DNA of 64,000 nucleotides from Basidiobolus meristosporus CBS 931.73 (taxonomy: Eukaryota; Fungi; Basidiobolomycota), in assembly GCA_002104905.1 (NCBI GenBank), contig MCFE01000256.1:1-64000 (forward strand), written 5' to 3'. Both the position numbers and the translations under genes were made by a program. The notes below the pieces were generated by a model. It was not told where the DNA came from and searched no databases. It saw only the letters and a list, made by a program, of their open reading frames with translations. Shown here in pieces: positions 1-10,540 of the stretch (the first letter of the stretch is position 1; each line of letters begins with the position of its first letter).

Positions 1-243
1 CAAAGTATTCTGTTATAACTCCTATTTTTAAGATATACAGCAGTGGCAACTGATTCCGCCTAAAAATCATAGGCTAATTTTTGATCATGGATCATAGATC
101 TTGCCATATCAATTATTGATCTGTTAGCATGCTCTGCTACTCCATTTTGCTGTGGGGAGTATGGTACAATAGTCTCTTGCTTTATCCCATGAGTTTTGCA
201 GAAGTGGATGAAGAGTTTTGAGGTATATTCTCCACCATTGTCA

Positions 244-592
244 TGTTGTAAGAGTCTTGGAGAAATTGGAAGTGATTGGGAGGACAAGTAGATTATGTGG
301 TTTTCACTTAATCATTTATTGAATGTAAAAGTAGTATTTATACTTTTACCTGGTCTTCACATTACAAACACATAGAATAGGTTAAGGAAGGTCCCAAGAA
401 CATATGTGCAATGTTTGGGGCTGTTTGGACAACTTTGAGAATTTTCATGTTCTGGGTACCTGGTATTTTGGTGAAAATATTCTAAGTAAATCCCAACAAG
501 GAACTTGGTTAGTGTTCTCTAGGATTTGAAGGTGATGATCTAAGTGACTAAGTTAGGTGAATATTTAGGTGGAAATACAAATTTTTACAACA
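244..592 (-). repeat. Solo LTR of the 349-bp Copia family inserted in the integrase of a same-family element
   Basis: 349 bp, TG...CA, near-identical to 2253-2601. Perfect 5-bp TSD TGTCA at 239-243 and 593-597. The uninterrupted site is visible at about 56231-56250. Confidence 0.93.
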
Positions 593-2248
593 TGTCAGAG
601 TGTATTTTCTTGATTTTTCACCAGTTTCTCTCTCCACCATGGCTTTAAACTCCCTGAACTTGGACAGAGCTTCTTCCTTTCTCTCCATGAAGTAGACCCA
701 TTTGTATCTTGTATAGTCATCAATAAAAGTGATTAAATACTTCCTCCTGCCTAAGGATAAATTTTGCATAGGCCCCCACAGTTCTGAGTGAATTAGATCT
801 ATTTTTTTCTTAGTTTTGATTAACCCAGAGCTCTTGAACAGTTGTATGGCTTGTTTCCCATATATGCAGGCTTCACAGTGCTCCAAATTAGCTAGGGGAT
901 CAAGTTTCACTCCAGAAATCAGCTGATCTTTGATCATTTTGCACAAAAAATCAAAATTGATGTGCCCAAATCTCCTGTGACAAAGCATTGGCGTTTCTTC
1001 ATTTAAGTTACTTATATTGGCTTCCAAATATGATGGAATATAAGTCAACTTGTATAGGTTCTGATCTCTGATGCCCAAAGCAGTATGGGCACCATTTTGA
1101 TCAGTGATCTTGCCTCCTGAATTATCAAAGCTGAAGCTGAGTCCTTCAGCAATGGCCTTGCTTACAGACTGTAGGTTCTTGGTTATTTCTGGTACATAGA
1201 TTACTTCTTTAAAGGTCAGTGTATGGCTTCCTTCACTGCTTCTTAGGTTAACTTGGATAGTTCCTTCTCCCACTGCATGAAGTGTTTTATTGTCACCCAT
1301 GAAAACCTTCTTAATTGGAATTTCTTGATATTGGGTAAAAAGTTCTTTATGGTGTGTAAAGTGTTGTGATGCTCCAAAGTCAATATACCATGTCTGAGAA
1401 TCCTTGCTTGTGGTCATATTTAGTGCAGATATGAATAGTCTATCTTCAGTTGTTGCAGCATTTCCATATTCAGGCTTCTTTTGCTGATTATCTTTCTTTT
1501 TGAGACACCAGTCTGATGTGTGTCCTTTCCTTTTGCAGTAGTTGCAAAACAGGTTGCTGTTGCATTTGTAGGATCTTGGGTACCTCCTTTGTTGGATATC
1601 ATTGCTTATTAAAGCATTTTCTTCTTCCTTCTTATTGGCGCTTGATTTTCTTAATTCTTTATCCAGGAGCCTTCCATATACGTAATTTAATGTCAAGTCT
1701 TCAGTTCTGGACTCCAGGGCTGATACAAGGCCCTGAAACTTGTCTTTCAGGCTATTCCAGATGGTAACTATCACATCCTCATCAGTAGTTGGTTTGCCCA
1801 CAGATTCCATCTCATATACCAGCAGGGTAATTCTGTTAATTAGATTTTTCATTTCTTCTCCTGGCAGCACCTTTGTAGTAAAGAATTTTTGTCTCAGATA
1901 CATTTTCTTAGCAGCTGAACATGACTGGTAGGTGTCTTCTAATGCCTTCCAGGCATTCTTTGCTGTTTTTGCTCTTGAGCATTGAATTAGCAATTTGTCT
2001 TTAACATTAAGGCAAATGCAGTCAAAGGCACTTTGTTCTTTCTTCTGGTACTTTAAGGCTTCCTCTCCCACGTTTTTAGGAGGGCATTTTTCTCCCATGA
2101 CAATATCCCAAAGGCCTCTTTCTTGTAGCAGCATCTTCATCTTCACCTTCCACACTTGGTAGTTAGATCTATCCAACTTTTCAGCAGAGGGAAAAATTCC
2201 AGTAATAGCAGTAGTAGACATTGCAGAGAGTGACAGCTTGGGGCTCAT
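593..2248 (-). pseudogene. Copia gag-protease-integrase N-terminal ORF, disrupted at the integrase core
   Basis: Part of track ORF 548..2296 (582 aa). The likely ATG is at 2248 inside the PBS. The frame is broken by the solo LTR and resumes at 243. Confidence 0.85.
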
Positions 2249-2252
2249 AACC
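2241..2252 (-). promoter_or_regulatory. Primer-binding site complementary to the tRNAiMet anticodon arm (half-tRNA priming type)
   Basis: The sense strand reads GGTTATGAGCCC directly after the LTR end. The same motif abuts LTRs at 5860-5871, 7085-7096 and 57886-57897, and in degenerate form at 10437-10448 and 48501-48512. Confidence 0.85.
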
Positions 2253-2601
2253 TGTTGTAAGAGTCTTGGAGATATTGGAAGTGATTGGGAGGACAAGTAG
2301 ATTATGTGGTTTTCACTTAATCATTTATTGAATGTAAAAGTAGTATTTATACTTTTACCTGGTCTTGGCATTAAAAACACGTAGAATAGGTTAAGGAAGG
2401 TCCCAAGAACATATGTGCAAAGTTTGGGGCTGTTTGGACAACTTTGAGAATTTTCATGTTCTGGGTACCTGGTATTTTGGTGAAAATATTCTAAGTAAAT
2501 CCCAACAAGGAATTTGGTCAGTGTTCTGTAGGATTTGAAGATGATGATCTAAGTGACTAAGCTAGGTGAAAATTTAGGTGGAAATACAAATCTTTACAAC
2601 A

Positions 2602-2859
2602 GTATTTATACTTTACATGGTCTGGGCATAACAAACACGTAGAATAGGTCAAGGAAGGTCCCAAGAGCATGTGTGCAAAGTTTGGGGCTGTTTTGACAAC
2701 TTTGAGAATTTTCATGTTCTGGGTACCTGGTATTTTGATGAAAGTATTCTAAGTAAATCCCAACAAGGAATTTGGTCAGTATACTCTAGGATTTGAGGGT
2801 AATGATCGAAGTGACTAAGTTAGGTGAATATTTAGGTGGAATTACAAACTCTTACAACA
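2602..2859 (-). repeat. Partial LTR of the 349-bp Copia family abutting the 5' LTR
   Basis: Matches the LTR from the internal GTATTTATAC motif to the TACAACA end. Confidence 0.8.
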
Positions 2860-5859
2860 TATATAAGGTAAAAAAATGACCTATATTAGGGCAAGTTAAG
2901 GTTTTGTCATTTACGCCTGATCCAGATTATCCTCATTTCCTGGCACAGTGGCACATACAAACATTGCCAAAAAAAGGTTTTTGCACAACTCTGAGCTGAG
3001 ATGGCCTGCTCCCACTTGAACCATGTCTGTCTAGTGATCCAGATCCACAAAAATGATCCAGAGTGGTCATCTTTGTCCTCCTTAAGTAGCAGTAGCTTTC
3101 TTTGGACTGATTACTTCATTTGCAGTATATTCAGAGTCCACTTGCTTCTTGATTTACCTAGTTTGGTACCAGAAAGGTACCATTGGTTGTTTGGTAGCTA
3201 TTTTTAGAGTGCTTCTACTGATTTGGACTGATACAGTTGCTTTTGTCTTATCAGGATGTACTGGTGGAGTAGATACCGGCGCTTTTCCAGAAGTGGGATT
3301 CTCCTTAACAAGGGCTTTGATTATCCTTATTCTCCTGATGGTTACTTTTAACCTTGAGCTTTGCTTGCAGGACCAACTGTTCTTCTCAGTGGCTTCAGAA
3401 TCCATAAAAATCATCTGGCTGATCCTTACACCTTTTTCTTTCAGACCCTTAGAGAGCCAACATCAAGACTTCTGCATTAAATAATCTGCACTGATATATA
3501 CTACAGTATCTAACAGATCCTGTTGAAGTTTCAAGGCTCTTCTGGGGTTTCTGCCTAGAGAACTTTGTACAAGAGGCTCCATGGAACATATCTGCATTGT
3601 CAGATAGTCCAAATATAGCCTACATAGGTTTTGGCTCCATTTAAGAAGTACCCTAATTGGTGGTAGTAGTATTTTCCCATTTTTCTTCTTTTTCTTTTTC
3701 TGCTGATGATCCAAGGAAAATTCCTTTTGTGGGATGGTCCTGGACTTCCTTACAGGTGGAACCATGGTGTGATTGAGCATGGAAGACCTCATGACATCAT
3801 TTGCCCAGATTATTTGACCACTTGAGAGTAATAGAGTCAAAATTGACATCCACTTAGATCAGTCATAACTTTTAATAGAGTTGACCAAATTGGATCAAAT
3901 AAACTGTATTGTGCATCAACATTTGAAACTTGGCCAACTTCACTCTGTTAGAAAATCTAGTACTCTAACTGATTTTCCCTAACCCAAACATAACTAATCC
4001 CTGTTATGGTTTATTTTGTCACTTCTCAGAATCTATATTTAGCTGTCACACCTGATCAATTTTCATGTAGTCATTACATCCTCAACTGATCTGCTAAGCC
4101 TTTCCAAGTGATTAGTCAACTGAGATTTATCCAACCACTAAGCAGTTGCCAAGATATCAGCTGATTAAAGATGCAATTTTTCATATATTTATGCACCTAT
4201 CAATACCCCAACAAATTTCAATTAGTCCATTCTCTTGGTGCTTACAAATGCAACCCAATCAGAAAAGTATAAATAAAGCTTACTGAACCTTTTAGACTTG
4301 TTCCATCATTCCAGCTGATCATAGTGCCCAATAGTGCTATAGCATACCGGATGGTGCCTGATCATGCCAGATGGTGTCATACAGTGCCAATTTGGTATCA
4401 AAATTGACATGCATATAACCCTAAAGTATCAAATTAATAACAAAATATACAGCACTTTCTGGCACTATGCTCAATGGCACAATGGAACAAGTCTTTTGGT
4501 TTAGTGTGTGTCTCAACAAAATTAAGAATTCAACAAATCCATTTCAAGTTTCTACCCAAGCTTAGAATTTCTAGCACTCTCAAGAACACCAAGCCTAGAC
4601 TGCATAGCAAACCTACTCTGTTGTCTTTATAGCCCAACTCAGCTATATATAAGACCAATATTAGACCAGAACCTCTCTGCTAATATTTCTGGCACTCTTG
4701 ACAATTTTAAGATTCTGCACTTAGTTGTCACTTAGGTTCAGTTTACTCATTCAAGAATTTATTACACTTTTCTTTTGGATACAACAAACTGCATTTGTAA
4801 GCAAGTTTCATCAGTCCTTTGGTATTTGACTCTAATATATCCGCTTTTTGAGTTGCAGAGCTTGGCAGTGACGTGATCAATCACAATTCTACTGGTCTGA
4901 TCCAGAGAATCAAATGGCACCAAGTGTTTTCTCCCACTGTAATAAATAATATATACATAACAAGTATTAAGTACTATGTTATCTTCTGAGTGGCTTGCAG
5001 TTTGTATACTGGCCAACTATTGCTTGGCTGTATACTCAATCAGGCTGGCAATCTTTTGCTTCACCCTCTCTGACTAGCAGTGAATCATCTTGAGTTGATT
5101 TTGCTAAATTTGTATAATACTTTCTCCCACTGTTTTGTGATTTAAACCAAGTGATAGCATGTCTGACAGCTCAATATTTGGTTCCTGGTACATTAGTTTC
5201 AGTATCAAAACACTTAATACAAATATAGCATTCTTCCATTGGATTGTGTAGTACATATCCATACTCCAGGTGGATATATATGTATTATGTATCATCAGGA
5301 TCCTTATAGCTCAGGGAGCTTGTTTCTGAGATCTTTTTTCATTAGTGGGTAGTTCAATGTGGCAGTTAACAAGTCCAGTAGTTGCATTCTCAGTCTTATT
5401 TTGAGCAGCAAAAGCTTTGGTAAAATCTTCCTCTGGCAATCATTCTATGATAATCTATTTTTTTTTTGCAATTCAGGATAATATCATATCCAAAAGCTTG
5501 TCTAACAGTTAATTGAGGTCATATGAATACATAGAGCAATACATTTTACTGTAGATCTGGACCCTCAATTGCTGGAATTATGCAATTTTCTTCAGTATTG
5601 ATAGAGCACCAACATACTATATTTCTTGATATATTTATATGTCAACTTGATAGACTCTCCTTCATAACCAGCTTGAGTAGTTACTGAATGAGTCTTTTGA
5701 AGGCATGACCTTCTTCTCCACAGCAATATCCTCATGCACATAGTCCTTGTAGTAGCAGTAGTCATCTTTAACTTTGGCAGGGCAATAGTGCGGAAGGTCT
5801 TTCTCCAAATTAGCAGAAAGGATCCAGACCAAGTAGACACCAAGAGGACAGCAAGTGCA

Positions 5860-6219
5860 GGGCTCATAACCTGTTGCAATATTCTGAGGAGTATTGTAAG
5901 TGATGTGGAAAACTAGAGGAATCACATGTTGATCACTTGTAGATTTATTGATCAAAAGTATGCTATTCATACTTTTGCTAAAGTAAAGAAAGCAAACTTG
6001 TTGCACCTGCTAAGGAAGGTCCCAAGAATATGTGTGCAAAGTTTGGGGGCTTTTGGACAACTTTGAGAAAGATCATAATCTGGGTACCTAATAATTTGGT
6101 GAAAATATGTCAAGTAAATCCCAACAAGAAATTTGGACAGGACAGAATGCTAATCAAAGAATAAGATCTATGTGACTAAGCTAGCATGAATATTTTGGTG
6201 ACAACTTATAATTACAACA
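5860..6219 (-). repeat. Diverged Copia-family LTR (5872-6219) with intact PBS (5860-5871)
   Basis: 348 bp, TGTTGCAA...TTACAACA. Shares AAGGAAGGTCCCAAGAA, GGACAACTTTGAGAA and CCCAACAAG blocks with the 349-bp LTR. Confidence 0.72.
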
Positions 6220-6244
6220 CTATATATGTAATATAAGGTCTAAT

Positions 6245-7096
6245 CATCAGTTCTGGACTCTAGGGCTGATACAAGGCCCTGAAACCTGTTTGTCAGGCTA
6301 TTCAGGATGGTAACTGTTACATCCTCATCAGTAGTTGGTATGCCCACAGATTCCATTTCATCCACCAGCAGGGTATTCTGTTGATTGAATATTTCATTAC
6401 TTCTCCTAGCAGCATCTTTTTAGTAAAGAGTTTTTGTCTCAGATACATTTTCTTGGCAGCTGAAGATGACTGGTGGGTGTCTTCTCATGCCTTCCAGGCA
6501 CTATTTACTGCTTTTGCTCTAGAGCCTTGAATTAGCAATCTTTCTTTGACATTAACCCTAAGAAAAAAATTCACAAAAAGGCCAGTAAAATATCATCAAA
6601 ATATCAGCCAAATTCCACGTTTTCAAGATAGACAATTCTCAATATCTCTGTAGTTAACTGATGAGCAGGCAAGAACTTAAGCACTTCAGGAGGAGACTAG
6701 GCCAACTAGCATCCATGCCAAATCTGGTAAATAGCTGCCCATTACTTCCATCACAAATTGCATTTGAAATATTGAACCAAAAGCACTAGCTGAATACCAG
6801 CTGAATACCAGCTGGAAATCAGAAGAATTCCAAGTTTGAGATTTTTCATAGGGTAAGGTCAATGCAGTTAAAGGCACTTTGTACTTTCTTCTGGTACTTT
6901 AAGACTTCCTCTCCCATGTTATAGGAAGGTATTCTTCTGCCAAGACAATATCCCAAAGGCATCTTTCTTGTAGCAGCATTATCATCTTCACCTTCCACAC
7001 TTGGCAGTTAGCTCCATCCAAATTTTCAGCAGAGGGAAAAATTCCATAATAGCAGTAGTAGAGCTTTCAGAGAGTGACAGCCTAGGGCTCATAACC
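6245..7096 (-). pseudogene. Copia gag fragment interrupted by a MITE
   Basis: Colinear with 1700-2252 and ends at PBS 7085-7096. It is split at CATTAA|GG by the 6556-6853 insert. Confidence 0.8.
6556..6853. mobile_element. Non-autonomous DNA transposon (MITE), CCCTA-ended, CACTA/CMC-like
   Basis: Termini CCCTAAGAAAAA...TTTTTCATAGGG; TAA duplicated at 6553-6555 and 6854-6856; subterminal AATACCAGC repeats; related copies at 32705, 53159 and 58313. Confidence 0.8.
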
Positions 7097-7447
7097 TGTT
7101 GTACAAGTCTTGGAGATATTGGAAGTGATTGGGAGGACAAGTAGATTTTGTGGCTTTTACTTAATGATTTATTGAATGTAAAAGTAGCCTTAAAATACTT
7201 TTACATGGTCTTGGCATAACAAACATGCAGAATAAACTAAGGAAGGTCCCAAGAGCTTGTGTGCTATGTTTGAGGCTGTTTGGACAACTTTGAGAATTAT
7301 CATGTTCTGTGTACCTGATATTTTGGTGAAAATGTTCCAAGTAGGTCCCAACAGGGATTTTGGTCAGTACTCTCTGAAATTTGAAGGTAATGATCTAAGT
7401 GACTAAGTTGGGTAAATATTTAAGTGGAATTACAAATTTTTACAATA
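7097..7447 (-). repeat. Copia LTR with a PPT on one side and a PBS on the other
   Basis: 351 bp. PBS at 7085-7096. CTCCCAC (PPT complement) and RNase H 3'-end sequence start at 7448 and match 53995-54020. Confidence 0.85.
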
Positions 7448-7619
7448 CTCCCACTTGGCTAAATGTTCATACATATTATATATTCAAAAGCTCTGGGTTA
7501 ACCTCAACTAAGAAAGAATCAGCCATAATTCACTTAGGTCTGTGTGAATCCATACAAAACATATCCTTAAGCAGGATGAAGTATATGATCACTTTTATTG
7601 GCAATTAAACAAGATACAT

Positions 7620-10029
7620 GTAGGTCTACTTCATGTAAAGAAAGGAAGAAGCACTGTCTAAGCTCAGGAAGCTTAAAACTATGATGGGGAGAGAAACTGT
7701 TTAAAAATCAAGAATATTTGCTTTGACAATGGTTGAGAATACACCTCAAGACTCTTAATCTAAATCTGTAAAGTTAATGGGATGAAGCAAGAGACTACTC
7801 TACCATACTCCACACAGCAAAATGAAGTGGCAGAATGTGCAAACAGATCAATAATTGATATTGCAAGATCAATGATCCATGATCACAAATTATCCAATGA
7901 TTCTTGGGCAGAATCAGTTGCTACAGCTATATATCTCAGAGACAGGAGCTGTAGAAGAGTACTTTATGATTCTACTCCACCTAAAGCATGGTATGGATAC
8001 ATACCAAGTGCAAAACATCTTAGAATTGTGCATGTAAAGCATATGCCAGAAACTACCTAAAAATCAGTCAAAACTTGAACCAAAAGATGTAAATACCAAT
8101 TTTTGGGCTACTGCAATGCAAATAAGGTATTCAGACTCTACAATGCTAAAGCAAAGAAGCCAATCAGTCCAGGGATGTTCTATCTGTTGAGAATTCAAAG
8201 TTTTCACAACAAATGACATCAGAAGATGATAAAAATCACATCTCAAGTCTACCAATCATCAGGATTGGATCTGAACAAAACAATGAAGTCTTTTTTCTCT
8301 CCAGAGGACTCTACAACTGTAGTTTAGTCTGAGTCAGGGACCTGGAATATTGCAGAAGTGATCATTCCAGTATAACAAACGGGGAGATCTAACCATACTG
8401 GAAAAAGCCCTAATTACAATATCAATGAGGGTATGAACTTATCCTATGCTTATTCAGTCTATACTGGTGAGCCCCAGACTATAAGAAAGGCCCTAAGTAG
8501 CCCTTAGACAAAGTTTTGGAGATCTACAATAACTGAGGAGTATCAAACCCTGATGGAAAATCAAACTTGCAACTTGGTCAAATTACTAATCAGCCAAAAA
8601 TCGGCTGGATGCCAATGGGTCTTCTAACCAAATACAAGACTGATGGTACAATTGAAGCATACATAGCAAGACCTGTGGCCAAAGGACTCTCTCTAACAAC
8701 AGACTTGACTTTATTGTAACCTTTGCACTAGCAGCCAGGTTTAATTCCATCAGATTATTATTGGCTATAGCAGCCAAATATATGATTTTACTCATCAAAT
8801 GGATGCCAAAGCTGCATTTTGATTGGTGAGCTTGACAAGTATGTGTATATGAACCAGCCTGATGGGCTTGTTGATCACAATTACCCCCATGTGGACTGTA
8901 AGCTTAGAAAGTATCTATATGGATTTAAATAACCACCAACAGCCTGGCATTGCATGAAAGAATTAATTAGAAATACTTAACTTGCAGAAGGAGTGCTGCT
9001 GAGTATAGTATATACCATAAGCCAGATGAAGCAAATTCAGTTCTATTAGCTCTATTTGAGAATGCTATTATTATTGCTGCCAAAAACCTAGAAACATTGG
9101 TAGAGACCAACTCCAGCCTATATGAGGAGTTCAAGATGTCTCATCTAGGAGGACTCAGTTACTTCTTAGGGATAAAGTTATCCATAGACAGAAGTACCCA
9201 GACTATTGCCCAAAGCCAGTGCAAGTATACTCAAGCCATGTTAAAGAAGTACCAAATGGATGATTGTAAACTGACAGCTATCCCAATAGATACAAACCTT
9301 TACTTGATCAAGGCTCAACCAAAATCAGGAGAGCTTGGTGCCATCTGATAGCCTTTGCATTCCTTATCAATCAATGCATGGAGTTCAATGTACATCATGC
9401 GTGGAACATGTCCAGATATCTCATACTCAGTGGGAGCTAGTAGTCAGCATATTTGGAACTATGGATCTGTTCATATTGCAGTGGTTAAGCAGATCCTAAG
9501 ATACCTAAAAGGAAGTGCTGATATCTGCTTAAGGTACACCTATAAGGATTTAGAACAGGATCTTATGGGATACTCTGATACTGATTAGGGACAACATTTA
9601 GAAGACAGAAGATCCACCACTGGGTACACTTTTTTTTACTGCAAAGGAGCAACTTCATGGATTGGTAGCACTTTCCACCACAGAACTAGAGTATATGGCA
9701 GCCTATGAGGCAACAAAAGAAGCAATGTGGTTAAGAAAGCCCTGTCAAGACTTATGCTTATGTCGAAAAACGCCTATTACTCTATTTCAAGGTAATCAAG
9801 GATGTATGTAAATAGGTAGAAATCTGGCTTTTCATGCCCAAAATAAGCACATAGATATTAGACATCACTTCATACATGAAGCTATAGAGAATAACTTATT
9901 CCACTGAGTTTACTGTCCTACAGATGATAAGACTGCAGACATATTCAACAGGCCATATGCTAGACACAAGTTTGAATATTATATGTCAAAATTAGGACTA
10001 GTCAGTATCAACATTTAGTTGAGTGGGAG
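7620..10029 (+). pseudogene. Degenerate Copia integrase-RT-RNase H region ending in a PPT
   Basis: ORF pieces MKQETTLPYSTQQNEVAECANRS (integrase), EFKMSHLGGLSYFLGIK and CPDISYSVG (RT), GYSDTD (RNase H); many stops; PPT GAGTGGGAG at 10021-10029. Start coordinate is approximate. Confidence 0.85.
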
Positions 10030-10436
10030 TGTTGTAAAGATTTGTAAGTCCTTCTAAATATTCACCTAACTTAGTCACTTAGATTATTACCTACACATCT
10101 TAGAGAATACTGATTAAATTCCTTGCCAGGAGCTACATAAAGTATTTTCACAAAAACATCCAGCATTGTGAACATGAAAATTAGATAAGTTGTCAAAACA
10201 GTCCCAAGCTTTGCACATGTGTTCTTGGGACCTTCCTAAAGCTTTTCTATGTGCTTGTAGTGCTAAGACAATGTCAAAGTATAAATACTACTTTTACATT
10301 CAATAGATCATTTAGTCAAACTGCATATTCTACTTGTTCTGCCAATCACCTTCAATTTCTTAAAGACTCTTTCAACAAAACATCCAACCTACTTTTTCTT
10401 GCTGTAACTTGCAAAGTCTTCAAAACTCTTACAACA
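10030..10436 (+). repeat. Diverged Copia LTR shared between two tandem internal regions, with a duplicated 3' end
   Basis: TGTTGTAAA...CTTACAACA, preceded by a PPT and followed by the degenerate PBS AGTTATGAACTC. The last ~55 bp appear twice in diverged form. Confidence 0.8.
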
Positions 10437-10540
10437 AGTTATGAACTCAAGCTGTCACTTTTGGCAGTGTATACTACTGTTATTGCTTCAAAATATTTCA
10501 CTACTGATAAGTTGGACAACTCTATCCACTATGTATGGAA

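Larger units (their letters stand above)
1..2601 (-). mobile_element. Ty1/Copia LTR retrotransposon, 5' part (5' LTR, PBS, gag-protease-integrase); runs off the window edge and is interrupted by a solo LTR
   Basis: 5' LTR 2253-2601 (TGTTGTAA...TTACAACA), PBS at 2241-2252. The ORF has a gag CCHC knuckle (CNYCKRKGHTSDWC), a protease-like motif (WYIDFGASQH; DSG in the 56-kb copy), a GAG-pre-integrase HHCC and the integrase core (DNGGEY...NGVAEHANR). Confidence 0.92.

Noticed and set aside
3000-3850. ORFs of 86-128 aa with a Lys-rich stretch, possibly decayed gag or a host gene
   Set aside because: No recognisable motif, CpG-depleted and fragmented; cannot be assigned.
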